NCBI GenBank assembly: GCA_963666985.2
Contig: CAXXIA010000002.1
Span: 2,688,001-2,752,000, forward strand
Length of the DNA stretch: 64,000 nt
Direction: 5' to 3'
From: Spirochaetia bacterium
GTDB lineage: Bacteria; Spirochaetota; Spirochaetia; DSM-2461
The position numbers and the translations under genes were made by a program. The stretch's first letter is position 1. Each line of letters begins with the position of its first letter. Under the pieces are notes generated by a model, which was not told where the DNA came from, did no database searches, and saw only the letters and a list, made by a program, of their open reading frames with translations. Below are positions 39,507 to 50,455 of this stretch, piece by piece.

Positions 39507-39687
39507 AGGGCTCATTATAGATGCCGCGGAACAAACGGCGCATCCGTCTGAGAAGAATCTGTTTCGCGCCGCTTTTCAGGCGGCCGCGGGTTTTGGACGG
39601 TGCCGCTTCATATCGAAAGCGGCGAAGCGGATTCTCATTTGACCGCTCCGTACCGGTTTGAGTATGTTTACCGCCGGTGGAGGCGCT

Positions 39688-40404
39688 ATGAATAAAAGTT
39701 TGGCGACGAACCTGATCGCCCTTGTCCTCATCGTCGCGGGATATTTTTCACCGTGGTATTCCCGCCAGATTATGTCGGCCGGTATTTTCGCTTTTTCCGG
39801 AGCGCTGACCAACTGGCTGGCGGTGCACATGCTGTTCGAAAAAGTTCCGGGCATCTACGGCTCGGGTGTGATTCCCATGTATTTCGAGGATCTGAAGAGG
39901 GGCATTAAAGAACTGATAATGGAACAGTTCTTTCGCGAGGAGAACATCGCCCGGTTCCTGGACCAGAACGTCGACGCCCTTACCGAAGGATCCCGCATTA
40001 CCGGACTTCTGGACATGGTGGACTATAACCGTGCTTATGATTCACTGAAAGAGATGGTTTTCTCATCCGGTTTCGGCGGCATGATTCGCATGTTCGGCGG
40101 CGGCGACGCTCTGGAAAAATACCGGCCGACATTTAAAGAAACCGTTCAGCAGGTGGTGGCCGAACAAATTGCGCGGCCCGAATTTCAGAACGGCCTGAGG
40201 GAGAAGCTCAACGACTCGTCGGTGCGTTCGGAAGTGATTTTAAGGCTTGAAGGACTCATTGAAGACCGCCTTCGGGAACTGACTCCCGAGATGGTGAAAG
40301 ATATGATGCAGAAGATGATTCGCCGGCATCTCGGATGGCTTGTGGTTTGGGGCGGCGTTTTCGGCGGTCTTATCGGAGTGGGAATGAGTTTCGTATCGAT
40401 TTAA
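39688..40404 (+). CDS. DUF445 family membrane protein
   Basis: GALTNWLAVHMLFEKVPGIYGSGVIP, HLGWLVVWGGVFGGLIG. Confidence 0.9.
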   Translation: MNKSLATNLIALVLIVAGYFSPWYSRQIMSAGIFAFSGALTNWLAVHMLFEKVPGIYGSGVIPMYFEDLKRGIKELIMEQFFREENIARFLDQNVDALTEGSRITGLLDMVDYNRAYDSLKEMVFSSGFGGMIRMFGGGDALEKYRPTFKETVQQVVAEQIARPEFQNGLREKLNDSSVRSEVILRLEGLIEDRLRELTPEMVKDMMQKMIRRHLGWLVVWGGVFGGLIGVGMSFVSI

Positions 40405-40463
40405 CAGGGCGGTATTTGCTGAAAATACTTCGGATTTGTTTTTCGTTCTGATATAGTTCATTT

Positions 40464-40975
40464 ATGAAAAAATACCTGCTTTTATCAGCTGCTTTAGTCC
40501 TTGGTTTGTTTCTGGCCTCCTGCAGTCAGCCTTCTTTGGCTACCGATCCCAGCGAGACAGAAACATCCTTATTCCAATATGCGGTCGTACGGATTTCCAA
40601 CGATGGCATTATTGCTAATGTTGTAAAGGGTTCCGACCCGACAACTTATGTAATTTCCTATTCGATGGCGGCATCGCAATATCGGGAACCGAACAAACCG
40701 GTCTGCCTTCCAGCACGTATACCTTTACGGTGACTTATACAGACTATGTCGTTAATGAGGATGTCACCAATTCCATATCTCTCAACGGTTCCTATTCCGC
40801 TGTTTATTGCGGTGATTCTTTAACGATGGACGGGACGCTGACTCTTTCGGGTGGAATGGCCGATACGGTGGAGTTCGATATCGAGGTGGACATGTCCTCT
40901 TCTCCATATTCTTTCTCCGGAGTGGTTACCATCGGCGGGAAGGCTTTCGACGCCTCGGCGTTTCTAATTAAATAG
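40464..40975 (+). pseudogene. Lipoprotein split by one frameshift near 40662 (probably an assembly error)
   Basis: Lipobox LASC; adding one base at tattcgatggc gives SYSDGGIAISGTEQTG...TFTVTYTDY, continuous into ORF 40730-40975. Confidence 0.65.
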
Positions 40976-41045
40976 CCGGTTCTATTTTGTCGTCCCGGCG
41001 GTTTTTCGTTCCGGGGCGTTTCTGATAACGAGAATCTCACTCAAG

Positions 41046-41072
41046 AAAAACCCCGGCCTTTCGGGCCGGGGT
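41046..41072 (-). terminator. Terminator of the hydrogenase operon
   Basis: accccggcc-tttcg-ggccggggt stem with T-tract on the minus strand. Confidence 0.75.
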
Positions 41073-41099
41073 CGATAAAAAGCCTTCAAGTCTTCCCCG

Positions 41100-42879
41100 T
41101 TAGATTTTTACCTTATTCCGTTTGTGATAATGCGTGTGCAGAAGCTCATGGCTCTTGTGGCCCAGGGGTTCCTTCAGGAATTCGGAATAGATCTGCTGTA
41201 CCGCCGGATTTTCGTGGGATTTCCGGAGTTTCTTTCCTTCATCCTCGGCGAAAATGGCCTTCATACGGGCCTTGCGAACCTCGTCGTTGGTAAAGCGGGG
41301 CTGTCCTCCTCCTCCGATGCATCCTCCGGGACAGGCCATGACTTCCACGAAGTGGAGCGTTTCCTCGCCTTTGTCGATTTTTTCCAGAAGTTTGGAAGCG
41401 CATCCCAGGGAATGGGCCACCGCGAAGCGGGCGGTTACGCCTTCCAGGAAGTTCCATTCTTTTTTACAGCCGGTGATGGTGACTTCCGCGATTTTCACTC
41501 CTTCCAGAGTTGTCAGCGGCTTCACGTGAAGGTTCTCCATGGGAAGAGGGGAGCCGGTAACGATTTCCCAGACCGTCCGCAGGGGCCGCTTCCATAACGC
41601 CGCCGGTGTTGGCGAAGATGTCGGCCGCGCCGGTGGACATCCCCATGGGCGCATCCATTTCGCTTTCCTGAAGCTCGGGAAGATTCAGTCCGGCGCGCTT
41701 GATGAGGCGGGCCAGCTCCCGGGTTGTCAGGACGTAATCCACGTCCTGATAGCCGCTGGAGTTCATTTCCTCCCGGGCGCATTCGAATTTCTTGGCCGTG
41801 CAGGGCATCACCGATACGACAACCATGTCTTTCGGGTCCACATTCGCTTTCGAGGCATAGTACGTTTTCGCCAGGGCCCCGAACATCTGCTGCGGGCTCT
41901 TGCAGGTGGAAAGGTTCTCCAGATACTGAGGCCAGTAATACTCGGCGTACTGAATCCATCCCGGCGAGCAGCTGGTGAACATGGGAAGAGCGGCTTTCCC
42001 GCCGTCTTTGAGAACGGTCATGAGCCGCATCAGCAGTTCCGTGCCTTCTTCCATGATGGTGAGGTCGGCGGTGAAGTTCGTGTCGAAAACGGCGTCGAAT
42101 CCGAGTCTGCGGAGAGCCGTGGTCATTTTTCCGGTAACAAGAGTTCCCGGCGGCAGATCGAACTCTTCGCCCAGGGCGGCCCGGATGGCGGGCGCCGTTT
42201 GAACCACGACGTGTTTGGAAGGATCGTCCAGGGCCGCTTCGACAAATTCGATGTGCGAGACTTCGGTGATGGCTCCGGTGGGACAGACCGCGGCGCATTG
42301 GCCGCATTGCACGCAGGAGACGCCTTCCAGGTTCGTCATGAAGGCAGGTCCGATGATGGTATCGTATCCCCGCCCCTGCGGCGCCAGCACTCCGACCGCC
42401 TGGATGGCGGTGCAGGCCGTGATGCAGCGGCGGCATTTGATGCATTTGGACGAATCCCGAACAAGAGCCAGGGTGCTTTCGTCTTTAGCTCCGTGGGAAG
42501 GTTCGCCGTCGTAGCGAATTCCCAGAACACCGAGGTTGCGGGCCAAATCCTGCAGTTCACAGTCTCCGCTGCGTTCACAGGTTTGGCAGTCGCCGTCGTG
42601 TTCCGAAAGGAGAAGCTCCACCACGGTTCGGCGTGCGTTGCGGACTCTTTTCGAGTTGGTGAGGATTTCCATGCCTTCTTTTACCGGCATGGAACAGGAC
42701 GCGGCCAGGGTGGGCGCTCCTGCGACTTCCACGGTACAGACGCGGCAGGCTCCCAGGGGATCTTTGCCTTCGAGATGGCACATGGTCGGAATGTGAATCC
42801 CGGCGGCTTTCGCGGCGGTCAGAATGGTATCGTCTTGTTTCGCCTCGACGGCGATTCCGTCAATGGTGATGTTAGGCAT
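41100..42879 (-). CDS. hydA: [FeFe]-hydrogenase catalytic subunit (group A), one apparent frameshift at about 41583
   Basis: 2Fe-2S, His-ligated and 2x4Fe-4S domains; H-cluster motifs [32 protein letters not shown]; removing one C restores GGVMEAALRTV. Confidence 0.9.
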
Positions 42880-45800
42880 GGGATTCCTCCTTCATCCGGA
42901 CTTTCTTTCCGTAATCGCAGCGGAGGCAGCGGTGGGCCTGCCGCCTGGCCACCGATTCGGACCAGGGCTGTTCCACTTCGTCGAAGTTGTGTTTACGCCG
43001 GTCGTGCGGAAGCACCCGCATTTTTTCCCTGGGGTAGGGGGCCGGATCGGCGTCCGGATCGTAGTCCGTATCGTTTTCCTGCTCCCAGCGCCAAAACGCC
43101 CTGTTCTCCCCGCCGTTGAGTTTCATGTCGATGGCAACGGCCGCCCGCTCGCCCGCGGCAATGGCTTCCACCACCGAAGAGGGACCGCTTACGGCATCCC
43201 CTCCGGCCCAAACGCCTTCGATGCTCGTTTCACCGGAGGCAGGATCGGCTTTGATGAATTTGCGGGAATTCAGTTCCGGCGGATTATGATCGAAGATGCC
43301 TTGGGCATCCAATTTTTGTCCGATGGCCAGAATAATCTGATCCGCGGGAAGCTCCAGCGGCTTATCCCTGTCGTCCGCCGTGGGAGCGCGGCGTCCGGAA
43401 CGGTCGAATTCTCCCAGATGCATGGGCAGGCAGGAGAGCGACTGCAGGTTTCCGTCCTTGTCGGCTTTAATCTCTATCGGCTGCAGGAGGGCGCGGAGTA
43501 TAACGCCTTCGTGGAGAGCTTCGTCCACTTCTTCCGCGTAGGCCGGCATTTCTTCCCGGCTGCGCCGGTAGACCACGGTAACCGATTCGGCTCCGAGCCG
43601 CAGTGCGGTTCGGGCGGCATCGATCGCGGCGTTGCCGCCGCCTATAATTACCACGTTTTTCCCCACTTCCACCGATCCGCGCAGGTTATAGGTGCTCAAG
43701 AAAGGAACCGCCTGGACAACGCCGGGGACCTCTTCTCCCGGCAAACCCATTGAAACTCCGCCCGGCGCGCCGATTCCGATGAACACGGCATCGCTGGATT
43801 CACGCAGCTCGTCCATGGTGAAATCGCGTCCGAGAGACTGATCGCAGAGAATCTCCACGCCCATGTTCTCAATCATGCGAATTTCACGGGCCAGGGTTTC
43901 ACGAGGGAGCCTGTAGGCCGGGATGGTCTGAACCAGCATGCCGCCCGGACGCTGCGCGGCCTCATAAACTTTGGGTTTGTATCCCAGCCGGGCCAGGAAA
44001 TAGGCGCAGGAGAGTCCCGCGGGGCCGGCGCCGACGATGGCCACCTTGCGTTTCGCCGATTCCTTGTCTTCCCGTGTTTCGGGCAGCTGAACCGTGACTT
44101 CCTGGTCCACCATGAACCGCTTGATGCTTCTGATGGCGACCGATTCGTCGAGGGAAGCTCTGCGGCATTTGTCCTCGCAGGTATGGAAGCAGACCCGGGC
44201 GCAGACGGATGCGAAAGGATTGCGTTCCCTGTGGAGTTTCAAGGCTTCGGCATAACGACCCTCTCCGACGAGGGAGACGAATCCCGGCACATCCACCGAG
44301 GCGGGACAAGCGCTCTGACAAGGCGCCCTGACAAGTCCCGCGCAGACGCCCGCCGCGCAGTGTTTGTCGCGGATATGCTCCTCGAATTCATCGCGGAAAT
44401 GCCGGATGGCGGAAAGAACCGGATTCGGAGCCGTTTGTCCCAGTCCGCAGAGGGCCGTATCCTTAATGCTGTTGCCGAGTTCGATAAGGGCTTCGATATC
44501 GCCTTCTTTGCCTTGCCGGACCCGATGCGTTCCAGGATTTCCAGCATTCTTTTGGTACCGACGCGGCAGGGAACGCATTTCCCGCAGCTTTCTTCCTGAA
44601 CGAATTCCAGGAAGAATCGGGCCACGTCCACCATGCAGGAATCGTCATCCATAATGATGAGACCGCCGGATCCCATGATGGCGCCCCATTCTTTAAGGGA
44701 TTCATAGTCCATGGGAACCGACAGGCCGGATTTCGGAACGCATCCGCCCGACGGGCCGCCGACTTGAGCCGCTTTGAAATTCTTCCCGTGTTTCAGTCCG
44801 CCGCCGATGTCGTAGATAAGCTCTCCGAGTTTCGTGCCCACGGGTACTTCCACGAGTCCGGAGTCTTCAATGGCCCCGGCCAGGGCGAAGACTTTGGTTC
44901 CCTTCGAGTCCTGAGTTCCCCGGCGGGAGAAAACTTCGCCGCCTTCTTCAATCGCGGGGGCCACATTGGCATATGTTTCCACGTTGTTCAGCAGTGTGGG
45001 CTTGCCCCAAAGTCCGCTCACGGCCGGGAACGGCGGTCTTGGTCTGGGTTCGCCGCGCTTTCCTTCCACCGAAGCAATCAGCGCCGTCTCTTCGCCGCAG
45101 ACGAAAGCCCCCGAACCCATGCGGATGTCCAGGTCGAAATTGAATCCCGTTCCCAGGATGTCCTTACCCAAGAGTCCGTATTCGCGAGCGGCTTCCAGGG
45201 CTTTACTCAGCCGGGCCACGGCCAGCGGATATTCGGCGCGAACATAGACGAAACCGTTGGAAGCGCCGACGGTGAATGCCGCGATGGCCATGCCCTCGAT
45301 AAGGGAATGAGGATCGCCTTCCAGAACGCTGCGGTCCATAAACGCGCCCGGATCGCCTTCGTCGGCGTTGCATAAAACGTACTTATCGCCGCCGGGGGCG
45401 TCTTTGGTGAATTTCCACTTCATCCACGTGGGAAAACCGGCGCCGCCGCGTCCGCGGATACCCGAACGCTTCATTTCTTCGATAACGCCCGTCGGGTCCC
45501 ATTTCCAGGGCTTTTACGAAAGAGGAATATCCGCCTCGGGCGATGGAATCCAAAATATCCAAAGGATCCACGATGCCGCAGCGGCGAAGAACGACTTTTT
45601 CCTGAAGACGAAAGAAATCCGATTTGTCTTCGGTGGGCGCCGGTTTTGCCGTCGCGGCGGTTTTTATGCAGAAGATCCGTAACGGGTTTCCCTTCAACCA
45701 GATGTTCTTTCACGATCCGTTCGGCATCGCTTGGAGTGAGTCCTTCGTAGATGATTCCTTCGGGATCCACGATCATAACCGGTCCGCGGGAACAGGGGGC

Positions 45801-46008
45801 CCAGGCAGCCGGTTTCCTTTATGGCCACTTGTCCCGAAATTCCCGCATCGGCAAGAGCCCTTTTCAGGGCGGTTTTCAGCTCCGGTTCACCGGAAGCCAG
45901 ACAGCCGCCGCCGGCGCAGAGCCGGATTTTTCGGCCGTTGATGATGTAGTCGCTCTCCAGGCTTTTTCTTAATTTGGCCAAATCGTCGGTACTTTTAATT
46001 CGGTTCAT
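42872..46008 (-). CDS. hydB: HydB/NuoF-like flavoprotein subunit fused to a GltD/NfnB-like oxidoreductase; four apparent frameshifts
   Basis: Thioredoxin-like 2Fe-2S (CAGGGC, TGCLGPC), [45 protein letters not shown], then [28 protein letters not shown]; indels near 44511, 45489, 45640, 45797. Confidence 0.85.
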
Positions 46009-46532
46009 GCCGTGCCTCCTGTTTCTTTAGCGTCATCGGAAGCGTAGGCTGAAAGCAGTTCCTTGATTTTCGAGGGTTTGACCCTCTGGTGGGTATCCTC
46101 ATCGATCATCACGACCGGAGCGAGACCGCAGGCGCCGAAACAGCGTCCGACTTCCAGAGAAAATTGGCGGTCTTCGGTTGTTTCGCCCACATCGATTCCC
46201 AGCGCGTTTTTCATGGCTGAAAGGACTTCCTGGCCGCCGCGGACGTAGCAGGCGGTACCGAGGCACACGCGGACGAGATGCTTCCCCCGAGGAACGGTGG
46301 AAAACCAGGAGTAAAAAGAGACGACTCCGGTTACCTGGCTTAAGGGAATGTTCAGCTTTTCGGAAATATGGACCATGATTTCCTTCGGGAGATAGCCCAG
46401 CAGGTTTTGGGCCGATTGAAGGACGGGAATGAGGGCCCCCTCTTTTCCGGACCAATCGTCGATGATGCCGTCGAGTATTTCGATGGCCTGTTCAACGGAC
46501 AATTCTTCATGAGTTTCCGTTTGCACACTCAT
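46005..46532 (-). CDS. hydC: HydC/NuoE-like 2Fe-2S subunit
   Basis: LIPVLQ.AQ...GYLP, GVVSFY, CLGTACYVRG, RCFGACGLAPV. Confidence 0.92.
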   Translation of the reverse strand: MSVQTETHEELSVEQAIEILDGIIDDWSGKEGALIPVLQSAQNLLGYLPKEIMVHISEKLNIPLSQVTGVVSFYSWFSTVPRGKHLVRVCLGTACYVRGGQEVLSAMKNALGIDVGETTEDRQFSLEVGRCFGACGLAPVVMIDEDTHQRVKPSKIKELLSAYASDDAKETGGTA

Positions 46533-46800
46533 TTTTTCCCCCCCTCCGGACGCACCTTTCCCGTTTCTTTCGTTCCGCCGTTTTTCTAAAAAAGAGGAAG
46601 AAAGAGCAGGTCGAGGGCCGTCTCTGATCTTGATATCATCACCATAAAGCGTGCGGGTCCAATCGTCCATTGTTAATCGATTACAAATTATCAATTTAAG
46701 GAGTTTTTTTAGATTAACAGTGGTAAAGTGGCTAAGCCAAATAGAGATTCATAATGAAAAACATCTTGAAAACGCCATCTTAATTGACTATAGTAAAAAA

Positions 46801-47607
46801 GTGGACAGGCCACTGGATCAACAGAAAACGATCAAATCCGAATCACCGGGGCTCTCCGAACAATTGTATCGGCGTCTTTTGGATTCTTTGAAAGATGCGT
46901 ATCGCCCCGGAGATAAATTCCCCTCGGAACGGGAAGTGGCCCGCCGGTTCGGTGTGAGCCGGCCCACCGCGTCCCGCTCCTTGGCCCGTCTTATGGATGA
47001 GGGACTCATTGAATCTCGCAGGGGAGCCGGGCGGTTCGTTAAGCGGCCTCCTCTGGATTACAGTTTAAGCTCCCTGGTGAGTTTTTCATCGCGCTGCAGA
47101 GCCGAAGGCGTTGTTCCCACAACCGAAGTTCTTGAGTATAAGCCTCCCGGAATGGGAGACTTGCCCGATGAGGTGATTCGCGAGCTGCAGCTGCTTCCCG
47201 GGGAAGGGGCGTATGCGTTTACCCGCCGCCGTTTCGCCGACGGACGTCCGGTAATCGTGGAACGCCGCTGGCTGACGGCCCGATTCTGTCCGGGCCTGAC
47301 AAAGGCCGATCTTGCAGGTTCTCTCTATGACCTGCTCGATGAACGTTACGGTCTTTCACCCGCCGGTGCCCGGCAGATTGTTCGAGTTATAATATTGGGA
47401 CGAAAGGACAGAACTCTGTTCTGGATCGATGAGGAAGGGGCCGCTTTCGAGGTAACTTCAACCGGATACCTTGAAGGCGGCGTGCCCCTCTGGTTCGAGC
47501 GTTCGCTTTACTTGGGCAACGCTTACGAATTTCACAACAGGCTCGGACCTTTGTCCACCGCCAGACCGGCGGTGAGCGTTATCCGCGCCGCGAAGGAGGC
47601 CGAATAA
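46801..47607 (+). CDS. GntR (HutC/UTRA) family regulator
   Basis: PSEREVARRFGVSRPT HTH, RRGAGRFV, UTRA domain (GSLYDLL); GTG start after TTGAAA-N17-TATAGT. Confidence 0.9.
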   Translation: MDRPLDQQKTIKSESPGLSEQLYRRLLDSLKDAYRPGDKFPSEREVARRFGVSRPTASRSLARLMDEGLIESRRGAGRFVKRPPLDYSLSSLVSFSSRCRAEGVVPTTEVLEYKPPGMGDLPDEVIRELQLLPGEGAYAFTRRRFADGRPVIVERRWLTARFCPGLTKADLAGSLYDLLDERYGLSPAGARQIVRVIILGRKDRTLFWIDEEGAAFEVTSTGYLEGGVPLWFERSLYLGNAYEFHNRLGPLSTARPAVSVIRAAKEAE

Positions 47608-48308
47608 TGAGTTTTACGTATGAAGATGTGGCGAAGATGATCGATCATTCGCTTCTTAATCCCACGCTCACGCCGGAAGATTTGGAAAACGGATGCCGAT
47701 TGGCGGCCCTGTTCGACGTGGCGTCGGTCTGCATCGTGCCCTTCGCCGTTTCCGGAGCCGCGGCCGTTCTCTCGGGAACGAATGTGGCCGTCGGCACCAC
47801 CGTGGGATTCCCGCACGGCGTTCATGCCGCCACCACGAAAATCGTTGAGGCCGAACAGGCCATGAAAGACGGCGCCGTTGAATTGGACATGGTTATCAAT
47901 ATTTCATTGGCCCTTGCGGGACGGTATGATGAGGTGGGCAGGGAAGTCGAAGCACTGGCAACGATTGTCCATGGCGGCGGAGCCAAATTGAAAGTTATTT
48001 TTGAGAACTGCTATTTGACCGATCAGGCCATCGCCGCGCTTTCCGGCGTCTGTGGACAGGCCGGAGCGGATTGGATAAAAACTTCGACCGGCTACGGCGA
48101 CGGCGGCGCCGAAGATCAGGATATCAAACTGATGCGGGAGTATGCGCCTGAGAATGTCCAGATAAAAGCGGCCGGAGGCGTACGGACTCTTGATCGGCTT
48201 CTGGAAGTGAGGGCCCTCGGCTGTTCCCGGGCCGGAGCCACCCGGACGGCTTCCATTTTGAACGATGCCCGCAGAAGGCTGGGAATGGAACCTATCGGGA
48301 AAGTCTGA
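47607..48308 (+). CDS. deoC: Deoxyribose-phosphate aldolase
   Basis: IDHSLL, VGFPHG, ELDMVIN, KVIFE, IKTSTG, KAAGGVR. Confidence 0.93.
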   Translation: MSFTYEDVAKMIDHSLLNPTLTPEDLENGCRLAALFDVASVCIVPFAVSGAAAVLSGTNVAVGTTVGFPHGVHAATTKIVEAEQAMKDGAVELDMVINISLALAGRYDEVGREVEALATIVHGGGAKLKVIFENCYLTDQAIAALSGVCGQAGADWIKTSTGYGDGGAEDQDIKLMREYAPENVQIKAAGGVRTLDRLLEVRALGCSRAGATRTASILNDARRRLGMEPIGKV

Positions 48309-48359
48309 TTTTCCTTTATGAGCACCCCGGGCTTTGAGAGCGTTCCATGAAATGATTCC

Positions 48360-49769
48360 TCACCGATTGCCGGCCGGATATAAGTCGTCGTTTCTTTGAT
48401 CTTTCGTTCTTCGCAGATCGTTAATCCATTTCCCCGATCGAAAGCGAATGGCGGTCATTACAAACTTCAGTATCTCTTCAACGCCGGCGATCAGATACAC
48501 CGCCGGAAGGTTCCATTTCAGCACGATGCCCGACAGGATTACCGCGGGAACCCCCATAACCCAGACGCCCAAAAATTCCGTGAGGAAGGAAAATCGTGTA
48601 TCTCCGCCGCTTCGAAGAACGCCGACGATCATATGGAGGTTGAATGATTTGACGGACATAAGAACGCTCAGCGCGATAAGCGAACGGCGGACCAGGCGGA
48701 CCGTGCCGGGTTCCATCTTTAAAAGGAGAACCGCGATAGGAGCACAGGCCGCCATAAGAATCCCCATTCCGAGTCCCAAAAGGAGGGCCTGAACCAGGAA
48801 GTTCCGAGCGTACTCTCGGCTCGATTCCGCATCTCCTTCGCCGATTTTCTTGCCGATTAAAACCGCGGCCGTATTCCCAGAACCCATGAGAATGACGAAG
48901 AAAAGACCTTGTATGGCTTCGGTGACATTCGCGGCGGCTATAACGGCGGTACCCATTCTCGCAAAGACGATTTTATACACCACCATTCCCAAAGACCAGG
49001 CAATTTCGTTGCCCAGAACCGGTCCGGCGGTTTTAAGAAATTGCGCCGCCATTCGGCGGTCGAATCCGAGATATTCCTTGAGTGAGCCGGCTACGGGGCT
49101 CTTTCTTCCGTAAACAAGCAGGAGCATCAGGACGAATTCGACTCCCCGGCTGATCATGGTTGCGACGGCGGCTCCCCGTACGCCCATTTCCGGAAAGAAT
49201 AAAAGACCGAAAATCAGCAGGAAATTCAGAATCGTATTGAGTATCAGGCTGACGGCTGTTACCAGCAAAGGAATACGGGGGTTCTCGATGGATCTGAGGG
49301 CCATCGCGTAAGCGGTGGAGATTCCCGACATCATGTAGCTGGGCGCGACGATTTTCAGGTATTGAGACCCGATGAACACAACATTTTCATCGGGTGTAAA
49401 AATTCGCATCAGAACTTCGGGCGCGGCGAAAGAGACGATGGCAAACGGAATGGAGAAAATCAGAGTTCCCATCAGGGAAAGCCCGACGACGTGGTGAATC
49501 CCCGCCGTATCCCGATCTCCCCAGAATTGCGCCACGAAGATTCCCGTACCGCTGGTGATTCCGAAGAAGATAAGAAAGGCCAGGAAGAACATTTGATTCG
49601 CCAAGCCGACCGCGGCGACTTCCGCTTCGCCGAGCCGCCCGATCATCATGGTATCCACCAGAGAAAGGCCGTTGGACAAAAGCATTTGGAGAACGATGGG
49701 GACGGCAATGCCGATCATCGTTATTCTAAAACTTTTATTTGAATAGTAGCTGCGGAATGCATTGTTCAT
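48360..49769 (-). CDS. MATE family efflux transporter
   Basis: DTMMIGRLG, AQFWG, LNFLLIFG...MGVRGAAVAT, LRSGGD. Confidence 0.93.
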   Translation of the reverse strand: MNNAFRSYYSNKSFRITMIGIAVPIVLQMLLSNGLSLVDTMMIGRLGEAEVAAVGLANQMFFLAFLIFFGITSGTGIFVAQFWGDRDTAGIHHVVGLSLMGTLIFSIPFAIVSFAAPEVLMRIFTPDENVVFIGSQYLKIVAPSYMMSGISTAYAMALRSIENPRIPLLVTAVSLILNTILNFLLIFGLLFFPEMGVRGAAVATMISRGVEFVLMLLLVYGRKSPVAGSLKEYLGFDRRMAAQFLKTAGPVLGNEIAWSLGMVVYKIVFARMGTAVIAAANVTEAIQGLFFVILMGSGNTAAVLIGKKIGEGDAESSREYARNFLVQALLLGLGMGILMAACAPIAVLLLKMEPGTVRLVRRSLIALSVLMSVKSFNLHMIVGVLRSGGDTRFSFLTEFLGVWVMGVPAVILSGIVLKWNLPAVYLIAGVEEILKFVMTAIRFRSGKWINDLRRTKDQRNDDLYPAGNR

Positions 49770-49821
49770 CGGTTGGTCATCATATAGTTACAAGACGGAG
49801 AATGAACAGTTCTTCTCTTGG

Positions 49822-50409
49822 TTAATCGGCGGATTCTTTCTCAATGGAAAAATCGGAGAAAACGGCGCGGAATCCGCCTGTTTTCGGGCTGCAGGCATAG
49901 ATTCCGATGTTCAGCGGCCGCTGTCTGCAGTGCAGATGGGTAATGCGCATCTGAGACCATGTTTCTCCGTTAAGGGAATTTTCCAGAATAAAGTCGTTTT
50001 CCCGGCAGATGATTCGATACCACATTTCCGTTCTGCTTCCGTTAATATCCACGGTAGCCCAGTCCGAATAGCCCAGATTGGTGACGACGGAGCCCAGCCG
50101 AATCATTTCATCGTTTTCCCGCTCCGCCGAAACCTTAATCCAGTTCAATCCGTCAACGCGCGCCAGAAGGCCGCACTGGTCGAATTGCGACCGATAATCA
50201 AAACCCGTTCTGACGGTTATCGTGAAATCTTCTGTTGTGGAAGTCAGCAAGGCATGGCCGTTGTCCCGTGAAAAACCGTAGTGGGTTCGCTGCCAGAAAT
50301 CGGTTTTACTCGATGTAAAAATGGAAAGATGATTATTTTCAAGTTCAAATTGAGGTTTGTTAATCCAGAAAAAATCGGTTGGAAGCGATTCTTTAAAAGA
50401 AATGGTCAT
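49822..50409 (-). CDS. DUF1349 domain protein
   Basis: TDFWQRTHYGF, DQCGL, LGSVVTNLGYSDWAT, GIYACSP. Confidence 0.88.
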   Translation of the reverse strand: MTISFKESLPTDFFWINKPQFELENNHLSIFTSSKTDFWQRTHYGFSRDNGHALLTSTTEDFTITVRTGFDYRSQFDQCGLLARVDGLNWIKVSAERENDEMIRLGSVVTNLGYSDWATVDINGSRTEMWYRIICRENDFILENSLNGETWSQMRITHLHCRQRPLNIGIYACSPKTGGFRAVFSDFSIEKESAD

Positions 50410-50455
50410 AAGTTAAGTATAATTCAGGTTTAAGAATACTTCCCGCGGAAGATTT

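Noticed and set aside
41539..43753. Long plus-strand ORFs (526 aa, 309 aa) and similar antisense or alternate-frame ORFs elsewhere (e.g. 1786-2871, 9141-10211, 11574-12752, 60839-61921, 60991-62112)
   Set aside because: Shadow frames of well-supported genes in GC-rich coding DNA, with no motifs of their own
41100..46008. Programmed ribosomal frameshifting or phase variation in the hydrogenase
   Set aside because: Five indels of mixed sign in very short runs with no slippery heptamer; assembly error is simpler
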